A stretch of DNA of 64,000 nt from contig NC_043017.1 in NCBI RefSeq assembly GCF_006345805.1, forward strand, positions 31,372,001 through 31,436,000. The letters run 5' to 3'. The notes under the pieces are model-generated. The model had not been told where the DNA came from, ran no database searches, and saw only the letters and a program-made list of their open reading frames with translations. Both the position numbers and the translations under genes were made by a program. Shown here piece after piece: positions 26,519 through 40,851 of this stretch (position 1 is its first letter; every line of letters begins with the position of its first letter). This DNA is from Octopus sinensis. Its lineage: Eukaryota.

Positions 26519-26920
26519 TACTCTTGCGTGTGTATAAGTGTGTAACTAGAAAATTCTCTTCTCTCACTCCAACTCTTTCTAAAAGTTCAAAAGTTACGCA
26601 CCTGATCAAGAGAAACTTTGGCTAATTAACCTCTGACTTCAGTTACCTTCTCTGAAGAAACAAAATAGAAAGTGTGCTACTGTAAGGCTGAGAGGGAGAG
26701 ATAGAAAGAAGAGCAACAGGGAAAGGAAAGGTGAGAAGAAGAAAATGACATCTACCTGGCTGTGCGGTTGAGGTAAGACGTTTGCTTCACAACCACATGG
26801 TTCGGGTTTCAGTCCCAGTGTATGGCACCTGGGCAAGTGTCTTCTACTATGGGCCTCGGACTGACAAAACCCTCTGAGTAGACTTGGTAGATGGAAACTG
26901 AAAGAAGCCTGTCTTATATA
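26519..26920 (+). repeat. Local ~400-bp duplication (unique flank plus SINE 5' half); partner at 38522-38925
   Basis: High identity including shared SINE-diagnostic variants. Confidence 0.85.
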
Positions 26921-27053
26921 AATATGCCTCTGTGTGTGCATGCACGCACATGTCTGAGTGAGCTTTTGCATTTCCTTCACCAAGGGGTGTTGGCTTATTG
27001 ACATACCTGTAACTTAGAAGTTCAGCAAAAAGGGACCAACAGATTAAGCATTT

Positions 27054-27262
27054 GACTGTGGCCATGCTGGAGCACCACCTTTAGTCAAGCAAATTGACCC
27101 CTGGACTTATTCTTTGTAAGCCTAGTACTTCTTCTATCCACCTCTTTTTGCCGAACCGCTATGGTTACGTGGACGTAAACACACCAGCATCGGTTGTCAA
27201 GCGATGTTGGGGGGACAAACACAGAAACACAAATATATACACACACACTTACATATATATAT

Positions 27263-27295
<33 letters not shown>

Positions 27296-28130
27296 GACTG
27301 GGTTCTTTCAGTTTCCGTCTACCAAATCCACACACAAAATTTTAGTCGGCTGAGGCTAATGTAGAAGACATTTGCCCAAGATGCCACGCAGTGGGACTGA
27401 ACCCAGAACCATGTGGTTGGTAAGCGAGCTACTTACCACAAAACCACTCCTACGCCTACGTATATGAAGATAAAATCACATAAATGATTTTATCAAGTAG
27501 TCAACGTGAAATAAAAACCTTATAGGTAACATTTTATACTAATTCGTAATTATATAAATAATTATATAAATAATTAAAGGGTGCAGATTGACCACATCAA
27601 CATACTATAAACCCATGCTAATTGAGGTGGTTTGAGAGCCATTTGATATCTATTTCTAATCTGTTAGTCTGGTCAATCCACACCCTTTAATATAATTATT
27701 TATATAATTATAAATTAGAATACATATATATTTGGAGTGGAGTGGCGTAGGAGTGGCTTTGTGGTAAGTAGCTTGCTTACGAACAACATGGTGCCAGGTT
27801 CAGTCCCACTGCGTGGCACCTTGAGCAAGTGTCTTCTCCTATATCTTCGGGCTGACCAAAGCCTTGTGAGTGGATTTGGTAGACGGAAATTGAAAGAAGC
27901 CCATCGTATATATGTATATATATGTGTGCATGTATGTGTGTGTGTATGTGTTTGTCCCCATAACTTACCAGTTCAGCAAAAGAGGGCGGTAGAATAAGTA
28001 CCAGGCTTACAATGAATAAGACCTGGAGTCGATTTGCTCAACTAAAGGTGTGCTCCAGCATGGCCCCAGTCAAGATGACTGAAGCAAGTAAAAGAATAAA
28101 AGAGAAAGAGTATATATATACATACATATA

Positions 28131-28163
<33 letters not shown>

Positions 28164-28170
28164 CTTATAT

Positions 28171-28214
<44 letters not shown>

Positions 28215-28645
28215 TTATATATATATATATATATATATATATCATATCTTTTACTCTTTACTCTTTTACTTATTTCAGTCATGTGACTGTGGCCGTGCTG
28301 GAGCACCGCCTTTAGTCGAGGAAATCGACCGCAGGACTTATTCTTTGTAAGCCTGGTACTTATTCTATCGGTCTGTTTTGCCAAACCGCTAGCATTGGTT
28401 GTCAAGCGATGTTGGGGGGGGGACAAACACAGACACACAAACATATACACACACATACATATATATATACATATATACGATGGGCTTCTTTCAGTTTCTG
28501 TCTACCAAATCCACTCACAAGGCTTTGGTCAGCCCGAGGCTATAGGAGAAGACACTTGCCCAAGGTGCCACGCAGTGGGACTGAACCCGGAACCATGTTG
28601 TTCGTAAGCAAACTACTTATCACAAAGCCACTTCTACGCCTACGC

Positions 28646-28703
<58 letters not shown>

Positions 28704-29147
28704 AAATACACAGCCACATATATTATAAATCTACAGGCGCAGGAGTGGCTGTGTGGTAAGTAGCTTGTTTAACAACCATATGGTTCCGGGTTCAGTCCCA
28801 CTGCGTGGCACCTTGGGCAAGTGTCTTCTACTATAGCCTCAGGCCGACCAAAGCCTTGTGAGTGGATTTGGTAGATGGAAACTGAAAGAAGCCCTTCGTA
28901 TATATGTATATATATATATGAATGTGTGTTTTTGTGTCTGTGTTTGTACCCCTAGCATTGCATGACAACCGATGCTGGTGTGTTTATGTTCCCGTCACTT
29001 AGCGGTTCGGCAAAATAGACCGATAGAATGAGTACTGGGCTTACAAAAGAATAAGTCCCGGGGTTGAGTTGCTCGATTAAAGGCAGTGCTCCGGCATAGC
29101 CGCAGTCAAATGACTGAAACAGATAAAAGAGTAAAAGAGTAAAAGAG
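27054..29147. mobile_element. Four CORE-type SINEs in alternating orientation: 27054-27457(-), 27745-28110(+), 28252-28642(-), 28734-29147(+)
   Basis: Each matches the family consensus. Confidence 0.9.
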
Positions 29148-29420
29148 ATGGGTCTGCTTGTAGATGTGTGTGTGTGTATCGTAAATGCTTATCAGAAATG
29201 GTAGATGAAAAATTGCCAGCAGGGCCGTTTTCTTACCGCACGTAATTACATGGAACAGACAATTCCCTGAAGTTCTTTTATTCTTTTCATCTCGACTTTC
29301 ATAGATTACTATGGCTGTAAGTCTACCTGTTTGGCTGTCTTTTTGCCTCTATACCCTCCTTCTTTCTCATTTATAGGTGCGTGTCTCGATCAATCATACT
29401 CATGTATGTACGTTTATATA

Positions 29421-29451
<31 letters not shown>

Positions 29452-30389
29452 ATACACATATATATATATATTAATATATACAGATATATATGTGTGCATA
29501 TATATGTATATATTTTTATATATACATCAATACATATATATATATTTAGATATAAATATATGTGTATGTATATATATATATGTATATATGTATATTTACA
29601 TACATATATATATATATTAAAGGATATGTAAATATATATATATATACTTTATTTCTGGGTTAATATATTACATGTATGTTTCTATATAATTATGTGTATC
29701 TACATATATAATTATGCTGATGATATGTATATATAATACATACATATATATATACATATATATATATACATACATATATATATATATACATATATACACA
29801 TACATATATCTCTTATGATAATAATATATATATATATACATATATATACATACATATATATATATAGATATATATATATATATATGCACACACACACAAA
29901 CACACACAATATATATATATGTATATACAAAAATACATTCTTGCACGCAGTTATATAATATACGCACATGTGTGTGTGTGTATGTGTAAATATACACACA
30001 CACTCAAAAGCAGATACGAAATCTCTAAACCTTAATAGCACCACTAATTACTTGCTTAAAAGCTCTATCTGTAATAAATCTCCAACATTATTGTCGTCGG
30101 TAATTATAATGTTTAATGTAAGGCCAACAACCTGACCTGCATCAAAGTTATTTACTCCTCTTACAACATTTTTTAACCTCAAAGATTGACTATTAGTTCA
30201 TTGCCCCAGCATGGTCTTGGCTTCAATTCCTAAAACAAAACTACAATGCTATAAAACCGAGCATTCTTTGTTTTATGATTCTTCTGCCCATTAACACCTA
30301 GCCTCCCTCAGATATTAAGTCTTTCAGCCTGTCTTTCTCCCTCTTTCATTTTCTTCCCCTCTCACTCTCTCTCTCATTTTCTCTCTGTC

Positions 30390-30421
<32 letters not shown>

Positions 30422-30438
30422 ATTTTCTCTCTGTCTCG

Positions 30439-30504
<66 letters not shown>

Positions 30505-30571
30505 ACCGCGTGAGCACCGCCAGCAATTTTTTTCCTCTGTCTTCCCTTCTTGGGAACATTCCTTCTCCTTT

Positions 30572-30606
30572 GTTTCCGACGAAGAGCTCCGCTCGAAACG
30601 TTAAAC
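30572..30606 (+). ncRNA. Minimal type I HHR, U4C core variant
   Basis: gttt-CCGACGA-a-gagc-tcc-gctc-GAAAC-GTT-aaac. Confidence 0.6.
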
Positions 30607-30719
30607 TTCTTCCCTTCTTTCCTGAACATCCAATAATACTTTATTTGTTCCACGTCCTCGCGTTGTTGTGTTTTTTTGTGTTTTCTTGTTTGGATTAACT
30701 TTATATATATATATATATT

Positions 30720-30915
30720 ACTCTTTTACTCTTTTACTTTTTTCAGTCATTTGACTGCGGCCATGCTGGAGCACCGCCTTTAATCGAGCAACTCAACCCC
30801 GGGACTTATTCTATCGGCCTCTTTTGCCAAACCGCTAAGTAACGGGGACGTAAACACACCAGCATCGGTTGTCAAGCAATGCTAGGGGACAAACACAGAC
30901 ACACAAACATACACT

Positions 30916-30996
<81 letters not shown>

Positions 30997-31108
30997 ATAT
31001 ATATACATATATACGACGGGCTTCTTTCAGTGTCCATCTACCAATCCACTCACAAGGCTTTGGCCGGCCCGAGGCTATAGTAGAAGACACTTGCCCAAGG
31101 TGCCATGC
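30720..31108 (-). mobile_element. CORE-type SINE, head truncated
   Basis: Family match. Confidence 0.85.
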
Positions 31109-31128
31109 ATATATATATATATATAAAT

Positions 31129-31852
31129 GTTATTACAATACAATGATATTATTTCCAGAGAAATATAAAGGTAGAAGTTTACATAGGAAATAGTGGCAAA
31201 ACAAGGTACCAATTTTTGCTGGAAATAGCAGTCGATAACCGTTTGACACTAGGTAAAGCTTCACCAAATGTACAGAAGCAAAGATGTGTGCAGGCGGCGA
31301 ATATAGAAGATTGGTACCTTGTCCACTATTTCCTATGTATAATTCTACCTTTATGGTGCTTTATTTCACTGCAAATATTATTGTACTGTAATAATATTTA
31401 TATTCTTATATAAGACGTTTTCACTGATCTTGGTTCTGTTTCTGGAAGAATCTATTGCCAAGTATACAGGTGGGGATGAAGCAGATATTTTAAATTTAGT
31501 CTTGTATAGTAGACCTAGATAATGCGAATCATTCAGATTTACAAGAACAAACGTATTCTGGAAGGTTTGAAACTCGAGCATTAGGTTGTCCATTTCGCTG
31601 GCGTTCTTCCTGGAGGTAAGATGAAATTTTTTTATATTCGCCACCCACACACATTTTTATCTCTATTTCCAGCAAAAAATTGGTAGCTTGTTGTGCCATT
31701 ATTTCCTGTTTATATGTACATATATAGATAATCAAAATAAGCAACAAGAATAACTCCGGTAATTTGGTACGATCGTTTCGCACTACATCATTTTATTAAA
31801 TGTTGTAAGTATTACAACAGTTTTAAAATGCTGAGCACTCATCAGTCATTAG
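31129..31852 (-). mobile_element. Older fold-back / partial-tandem HHR element
   Basis: 31129-31213 is inverted vs 31310-31395; 31180-31310 is inverted vs 31630-31720; HHR at 31762-31850. Confidence 0.6.
31762..31850 (-). ncRNA. Type I HHR with long stem II and weak stem I
   Basis: Minus strand: CTGATGA-gtgc...(catttta/taaaatg, tgttgtaa/ttacaaca)...gtgc-GAAAC-gatc-GTA-ccaaa. Confidence 0.55.
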
Positions 31853-31854
31853 TA

Positions 31855-31869
31855 TATATATATATATAT

Positions 31870-31932
<63 letters not shown>

Positions 31933-32363
31933 AACTTACTTGGAAAAGGATGTGTGGCGTTCGATCATATGATCACTCTCTATTTAAATCTGAAGTTGTC
32001 TGTGTATGGCAGATTTGGTAGCCTTCAACTAACACTATCTCCTCCGAGACCCTGCGGTGCAAGTTGACCAAAATTGAGAGTATGATAGAAGGCTTGCTTT
32101 TCCTTCCGTAGATGAAAAAATTCAAATCAGACCATGTTAAACACCAAATATTATTTACATCAAAAAGGTGTTTATTTTCTATGAAAATCCCTATTTTTTA
32201 CGATTTTTTTACTGTTGTGTCGCCATTTTTCTGTGTATTTCAATCAGAAAAATTTTCACTTAAAGAGAATAACAAGCTACATAATGAAAAAGTTTTACTT
32301 TTCAAAAATTCCAATTCTAAAGGGTCGAAAGAAACCCGAGCAACGCCGAGCAATACTGCTAGT
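31855..32363 (+). mobile_element. Putative non-autonomous Helitron
   Basis: Ends in cccgagcaacgccgag...ctag|t, a degenerate hairpin plus CTAG before T as at Helitron 3' ends. The 5' TC end is not resolved. Confidence 0.45.
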
Positions 32364-32411
32364 ATAAATAATATATAAATATATGCATAGATACCTAAAT
32401 ATATATGTATG

Positions 32412-32442
<31 letters not shown>

Positions 32443-32897
32443 TATATATATGCATACATGGGTACAAGACATCAAAAATACGTTGAACAAAATGAGAAAC
32501 GAAAAGAGGAATAAAAAAACAGAGAAAACAATCTTTTTTTTCGAACAGTAGAGAAAACAGAGTAACGAAACATCTAAACTAAAGAATATTCCCCTTCATC
32601 AGTTGTCCCTGTTTCATCTACCCCGCGTTGCGAAGGTAAGGACAATACACGACTTCATTGAAACAGTCCTTCCATAATATATATATAACTATATAATGTA
32701 AATAAAATATATATAATATAATATAATAAAATGAGATAGGGGTTGTAAATTCAACCCCCAATGGGATAACATATATCCAATATACTGCTAGAGAGGTACC
32801 CAACAAGACTAATACATAAATGTTAAAAATTGCGGTGCAATTAATTCATTTACTGTATTATGTGGGCAAGGGTAAAATTATTATCGTAAATTAATAA

Positions 32898-33352
32898 TAC
32901 AAAATGAGAAAATGGAGAAACATACTTAAATCGATCAATCATCAACCATTAGATAATACCCAATCAATACTTTATTACACCATTACATAACAGCAATAAC
33001 ATTATACATAATATATTGCAAATATAACTAGACATGGAAATAGAAATATAAAATATAAAATACAATTACATCATATCTGACAGCTGTTTCGGCCGTGAAG
33101 ACAAGTATGTCTCATTTAATATGGCTAATAGGTTAAATGAGACATACTTGTCTTCACGGCCGAAACAGCTGTCAGATATGATGTAATTGTATTTTATATT
33201 TTATATTTCTATTTCCATGTCTAGTTATATTTGCAATATATTATGTATAATTATTGCTGTTATGTAATGGTGTAATAAAGTATTGATTGGGTATTATCTG
33301 ATGGTTCATGATTGATTGATTTCAGTATGTTTCTCCATTTTCTCATTTTGTA
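32898..33352. repeat. Large palindrome (~222-bp arms, 13-nt loop) with half-HHR motifs
   Basis: ...gtctcatttaa-tatggctaatagg-ttaaatgagac...; each arm contains GAAAC-agct-GTC. Confidence 0.9.
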
Positions 33353-33359
33353 TAATATA

Positions 33360-33444
<85 letters not shown>

Positions 33445-33807
33445 AAGGATGAAAAGGAACACAGGAGTTGATATATATGAAAAAACAAGTCAGGATAGAA
33501 ATTGCTAAAATATTTTATAGAGAACATTTCAGTACCGGTTTCAGTCATTGAGACATTTTCAAGTGTAACAGTTAAATAATTAAATTTAGAAAAATTAAAA
33601 GAAAAGTTTTTTTAAAAGAATATTTGTATGGTGTTCATATATAAGTGGCATTTTCCTTGTTTCTGCCTTTCTCTGTCTCTCTTGTTTACTCTTGTGGGTT
33701 CAAGTTACATGTATATATATAGACTTGTTTTATTTCTATTCCTGAGAGCCATTGTTTGTTGTACTCCACCTGCTTTCGTCTTTTGAGTATTTTCGTACAC
33801 CTGCCCG

Positions 33808-33882
<75 letters not shown>

Positions 33883-33887
33883 ATATA

Positions 33888-36751
33888 CATAAAACTTAAA
33901 ACTTAGATAAAACTAGATATGTTTCGACCAGAGATTGGTCCAGGCCATGTCTAACTTAATAGCACCACCTGATAGGATTATTCGAATCTGTTTAAGTCAA
34001 GTTTTGTTCAAGTAGTGAGTTCTTGTTGGGTGAGTTGTATCCAATTATGGGTGGCTTATCTGGTATTCTTTGAAGGAATCTATCCAGACTCTGTTTGAAG
34101 TTGATGGGATCCTTTTCCTCTTTGATCTCCCTCGGGACAATGTTAAATAGGGCAGGGCCTGTTGAGGAAAAGAAATTATGTTGCAATGTACATGTATGTT
34201 GTGATCTTGAATTTGGCAGGGGACGTATAGCCCGTGGTCCAAGTCTCGGATAAACCTTGAAGCTAATGTTTAGGTCGTTTGGGCAAAGTTGGCGGTATTT
34301 TTTCCACATCGTACAAATGATGTACCGCTCACGGCGACGCTGGAGGGAGTAAAGTTTCAAGGCTTTAAGGCGATCTCAATAATCGAGAGCAGCCATGCCT
34401 TCAATTTGTTTAGTGAGAGCCCTCTGGGGTGACTCAATTCTGGAGATGTTTTGTCTTGTGTGAGGAGACCACAGTGGGCAGCAGTATTCAAGGTGTGGCC
34501 GTACAAAGGATGAAAAAAGTGGTATGATGACACCTTGTTCTCTGGACCGGAAAGTTCTTAAGATCCAGGAACTCATCTTACGAGCTGTATCGACCTTCTT
34601 GTTGATGTGTGCACTCCAACTGAGATCGTCATCAACAATTACACCCAGGTCTCTGATATTGTTAGAGGCTGTGAGCGGTCCCCTGAAGGAAGAGAGTATG
34701 GTTGTTTTAGTGAGGAATTTCTTCCAAAATGCATCAGCTCAAAATTTCCCTCATTCAGTTGCATTTTGTTTCTGTCTGCCCATTGACTCACAGCATATAG
34801 GTCAGACTGGAGTTGAGTTCGGTCTGCTTCTTCATTGACGATTTGCTGGAGCTTAGTGTCATCAGCGAATATTTTCACTTTGCAGTGATGTACGACACTG
34901 GAAAGGTCGTTTACATAAATTATGAAGAGTAGCGGACCCAAAACAGTTCCCTGGGGAACACCGCTGGTGACTTTTGCTGGGTTTGAGTGGACTCCATCAA
35001 CTACAACATGTTGTGTTCTATTCGCTAGGAAATACTGAATCCAGTGTAGAACTTTTCCACGGATTCCAACATTTGCCAATTTTGAGAGTAGGATGTTATG
35101 GTCTACCCTGTCGAACGCTTTACTGAAGTCAAGGTATATGACGTCAGAGTTCGAACCTGTTCCCAAGGCTTTGAGTACATCTTGAATGTGGTGTAAGAGC
35201 TGTGTTAGACAGTCCCTGCCACAGCGAAAGCCATGCTGCTTTGAATTTAGGAGTTTGTGGGTCTCCAGGAAGTCAGCTATCCTTGATCTTAACACTCTTT
35301 CAAACACTTTAATGATGTGGGAGGTGAGTGAGATTGGGCGATAGTTGACTGCGAGGGATCTGTTTCCCTGTTTGAAAACCGGGATGACCGACTGGGATAG
35401 AAACTTTTTCGGTATATAACCTGCGTCTAAAGAGTTTCTCCAGAGGTTGGTCAGAGGGACTGCAAGTTGATATCTACATTCCTTCAGGAGACTGGCGGGA
35501 AATCTATCAGGACCTACAGCAGAGTAATGTTTGACCTCATTTATTGCTGCTACGATGTCGGTGGCAGTGAAGGTTATGTCTGCGATTTTGTGTTGGGAGT
35601 CAGCTTCGTTCGTTTCCCTCACATCAATATCAGTGGGAACACTGAAGACAGAGCAATATTGTTTCTGCAGTATTTCTGCCATTTCTTTAGCATCGTGTTG
35701 GGGAATGCCGTTTTCATCAATCAGTGGCCCAATAAGTGAGACAGTGGTTCTATGCTTATTTGCATAAGAATAGAACACTTTTGGGTTCTGTTTGATGTTT
35801 TTGATTACCCATTGTTCCTCCACAGCTCTTTGATTTTCAATGGAGGCTTTCATGTTAGTCTGCAGATGAAGTTTTTCCAGCTCTAGTCTTTTCATTGTTG
35901 TTGAATGTGGATGTTGCGTGTGGAATATTTTAATTGGTTGATTTTTTTGTTGAGTCTTTTGATGCGCCTGATGAGTGTTTTTTTTCTTTTTAGGGAGCCG
36001 GTTTCTGTTGTGTTAGTAGATTTCTTGGGAGCGTGTTTAGAGCATGTGTCGGTGACAATGGTTTCAAAGTGCTGCCACGCGGTCTCAATATGAGGGGAAT
36101 TGAGAGTAAAAGACCAGTCGATGGAAGACAGATCCTTTCTGATTGTTCCCCAGTCCGCTTTGTGAAATTTATGTTGTCAAATGGGTGCCATGGAGTGGGA
36201 TTGGCTGGTTTGGTTTTTATACGTCGGGAATTAAGATTGCAGAGTACCATGTCGTGGTCTGAGAGGAGAGTTTTTTCGACTGAAATGCTGTGAACGTAGC
36301 TAGAGTGATTGGTCAGTACCAGATCCAAGATCGTTTTATTCTGTCTCGTTGGTTCAAGCACTAGCTGAGTCAGGAAATACTCATCCATCAGATTAAAGAG
36401 CAGTTCTGCTGCTGCCCTATCTGATGTAGAGCATTGCCTAACTTCGGAGTATTTGTGGGCCAGTTCACATGAGGGAGGTTAAAATCACCCATCACTATTA
36501 TGTTTCCGGAGTGGTACTTCCGAAGGAAGGACTTGACTTGCTAAGGCACTCTTCAAAGTACTTTAGAGGTGCCTGGGGAGGCCTGTAAAGACCAACAATG
36601 GTTATGTCCTTGGCTTTGTTGTATACTGATACCGATTCACAGTAGCCATTAGAAAATGTGTCCTTGGCATCAAGTGAAAAGGAGTCATGGATAAAGATGG
36701 CTGTCCCTCCCTTATTTCGGTCTGTGCGATCCGCACGAACAATGGTGAAAT

Positions 36752-36754
<3 letters not shown>
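33888..36754 (-). mobile_element. CR1-clade LINE (APE plus RT), 5'-truncated, inserted in (TA)n
   Basis: EN motif GNIIVMGDFNLP. RT motifs NYRPISLTSHIIKVFE, QHGFR, YLDFSKAFD, SGVPQGTVLGPLLF, FADDTKL. Short tandem 3' tail; (TA)n on both sides. Confidence 0.93.
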
Positions 36755-36797
<43 letters not shown>

Positions 36798-36999
36798 TTA
36801 TATACACATGCATAAATGGGTACAGGATATCACCAACAGTAAACAACATGAAATACGAAAATATATGAATTAAATATGCAAATAACGAGATAAGAAAGGA
36901 CAAGTAATACAAAGAACGACACTTCCTCAGTTGTCGGCTTTCTCTCTACTCCCCATTTCGAGCAATCAAGGACAATCCAGGCAGCAGCAATAATATTAT

Positions 37000-37220
37000 C
37001 CTCAACATCAGCATCATTATCGTCGTCATCATCATTGTCGTAGTCACTGTTGTCATTGTCATCTTCACCATCATCATCGTCGTCGTCGTCGTCGTCGACA
37101 TCATCATCACCATCATACATCATCATCATCATCATCATCATCATCGTCATCATCATCATCATCATCATCGTCGCCGTCATCATCATCATCATCACATCAT
37201 CATCATCACATCATCATCAT

Positions 37221-37271
<51 letters not shown>

Positions 37272-37347
37272 GTCGTCATCATCATCATCATCATCATCAC
37301 TATCGTCGTCATCATCGTCGTCGTCGTCGTCATCATCATCATCATCA

Positions 37348-37378
<31 letters not shown>

Positions 37379-37400
37379 GTCATCATCACCACCACCTCCT
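37000..37400. repeat. (CAT/CGT)n trinucleotide array
   Basis: Direct reading. Confidence 0.95.
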
Positions 37401-38444
37401 ATGCCAGCGCATATATTCCGCCATTAGGAAATAAAGTATTTTTTAGCACTGATACTAAATGCATAATTATAGACACACACATATACACACACACATACAC
37501 ACACACACGCATGTACACAATATATATATACATATATATATACATACAAACATATACATACACACACACATATATATACAAATATATAAATATATATGTA
37601 TTCATATATATATATACATACACACATACACATATATACAGATATATATCTTTCTGCGTATCTGTCTATACATGCATTCCTGCATATATATATATATATG
37701 TATGTAAATATGTATGAATATATGTATATATATTCATAAACATATATATATATATATATGTATACATATATATGTATGTATCTGCATATAGATATACAAA
37801 CGCATATACACACAATATGTGTGCGTCTGTGTGCATTTGTAAATATATATATATCAGAATGTGTGAAGCTTTTTTTATATATATATATCTACATGTGAAT
37901 ATGAAAGTGTACTTTACATACATTTAGTTTCCATAGTATACATTTCATAAATATTATTTTCTTTTATTTTTTTATAATTATAATTATTATCGTTTCTTTT
38001 GTTGTTGCCATTCCGCTATATTCTGTTTATGACTGATGTTTGAAGAATGTTCAAGAAAATTGAATCCAATTAGATATCTTAAAATATCACCTTTGTGTGT
38101 TTGCTATCTCTCAACAGGTGTTCTTAACGTTTTGAAACAATGCTTCAATTGCTTTCCTAAAAACAATATCGGTATTAAAGCAACAATAATTTCGTTTTCA
38201 TTGTCACTATTATTGCTGCCTCGTAATTTTTACAGATTTATAGACAAAACGAAAACGTTTGTTTAAACTACTACGTACTGCATCATGGTTTTTTTTCTAG
38301 ATTTTTAAACAAAATGATAAAGCATACGTAAATTAAAACTACTTCAGAATTTTCCAAGATTTTAAAGACAAACTAAAAATGGGTGTTGAAATTAGAGCAA
38401 CCGCAGTATCCTGCTGCTGAGCACTGATTGACATCTACTCATCC

Positions 38445-38501
<57 letters not shown>

Positions 38502-38521
38502 AAACTGAGTAACATATTTTG

Positions 38522-39450
<929 letters not shown>

Positions 39451-40160
39451 AGAGTATACATGTGGGGAAGCACCTTTCCTGAAGGGGCTGTGAATGACAT
39501 CTATAGGATGCAAGCATTTCTGGGTCCTTCCACTTCTTCAACTAATAAAATCAAATCTGTCACTCACAGCCTGGTAAGAACAATAGAATATGTATACTGA
39601 TGTGAGTAATGCTTGGTCAAACTAGAATTTAATAAATAACGTCACACAAAGCAGAGCTGAATAAATCAAATTCATCCGAAATCACGTTTAATATTTTTGA
39701 TTGTATTCAGACACGATAAGGCCTTTCTCTATGGAATGATTAATCAAATTTTGGTTTCCGAAGCTAGCAAAATGGAACAACAGTGTAACGCATGTTTACT
39801 ATGATTTAATAATGTCAATTGCCGCCTCCACCCACGTCGCCCCTCCCCCCACGTCGCCCCTCCCCCACACAAATGCGTTTTCACACATGTCTAGGGGAAG
39901 GAATTTCCTCGCAAGTGAAAGGTCTTATTCCACCTGAATACACATGAACATGTTAAATATGACGTTATACAGACACATTTTATTCAACGTTGCTCTGGAC
40001 GACATTATTATTTATTTAATTGTATCTTTATCAAGCTTTATGCAGCGAATGTTTCATATATATATATATATAATATATATATATATTATATATATATATG
40101 ATGTATATATATGTATATATATGTATATATATATATATATGTATATATATGCATATATAT

Positions 40161-40192
<32 letters not shown>

Positions 40193-40197
40193 ATATA

Positions 40198-40275
<78 letters not shown>

Positions 40276-40312
40276 ATATATATATATATATATTATATAT
40301 ATATATATTATA

Positions 40313-40353
<41 letters not shown>

Positions 40354-40851
40354 GTATATATATATATTGTTGCTATTGTGCAATATCGTTGTAAGTCTAA
40401 AGCGTTACTTTCTCAGAAAATGAAAAAATAGTTTAACATAAGATCAACGATATATAATATATATATATATATATAATTAATTAATAAGGGTGAGAGAATT
40501 AGATACTAATTTAATAGTATATTTATTCACACCAAGTGGCCTAGTGCTACGAGAAACCTGGATTATTATAATATTTTAAACATATTATAATATTTTTACA
40601 AAATAAATATAGAGAGTGGTCACTATATTGCTCACTCTAGCACCAGTTAATCCAAAAGGTTTCACCCTTATTAATTAATTATATTATGCTGCATTTATTT
40701 CTAAATGCTGTATTTGTTTTCCGTGAAAGTTTGGCGCGCTGTTGGTTGGGGCATTTGAATTATAACGTCGGATGTAATCAATTGAACCACACGCGTATTT
40801 ATCGTTATGGTAAAATCTGGCGTGTGATTGAGTGGATTTCATCAGATAGTC

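Noticed and set aside
32575-32645. Type II HHR-like order (GAAAC...CTGATGA), also at 36920-36970
   Set aside because: Stem I cannot form and the GAAAC motifs are mutated.
33913-33954. HHR-like fold at the CR1 3' end (hairpin followed by GAAAC)
   Set aside because: No CTGANGA core; more likely the LINE 3' recognition stem-loop.
40770-40850. Possible antisense HHR (minus-strand CTGATGA at 40838-40845) that would make the monomer viroid-like in both polarities
   Set aside because: No GAAA follows the candidate stem II, and copy 2 has an insertion that breaks the motif.
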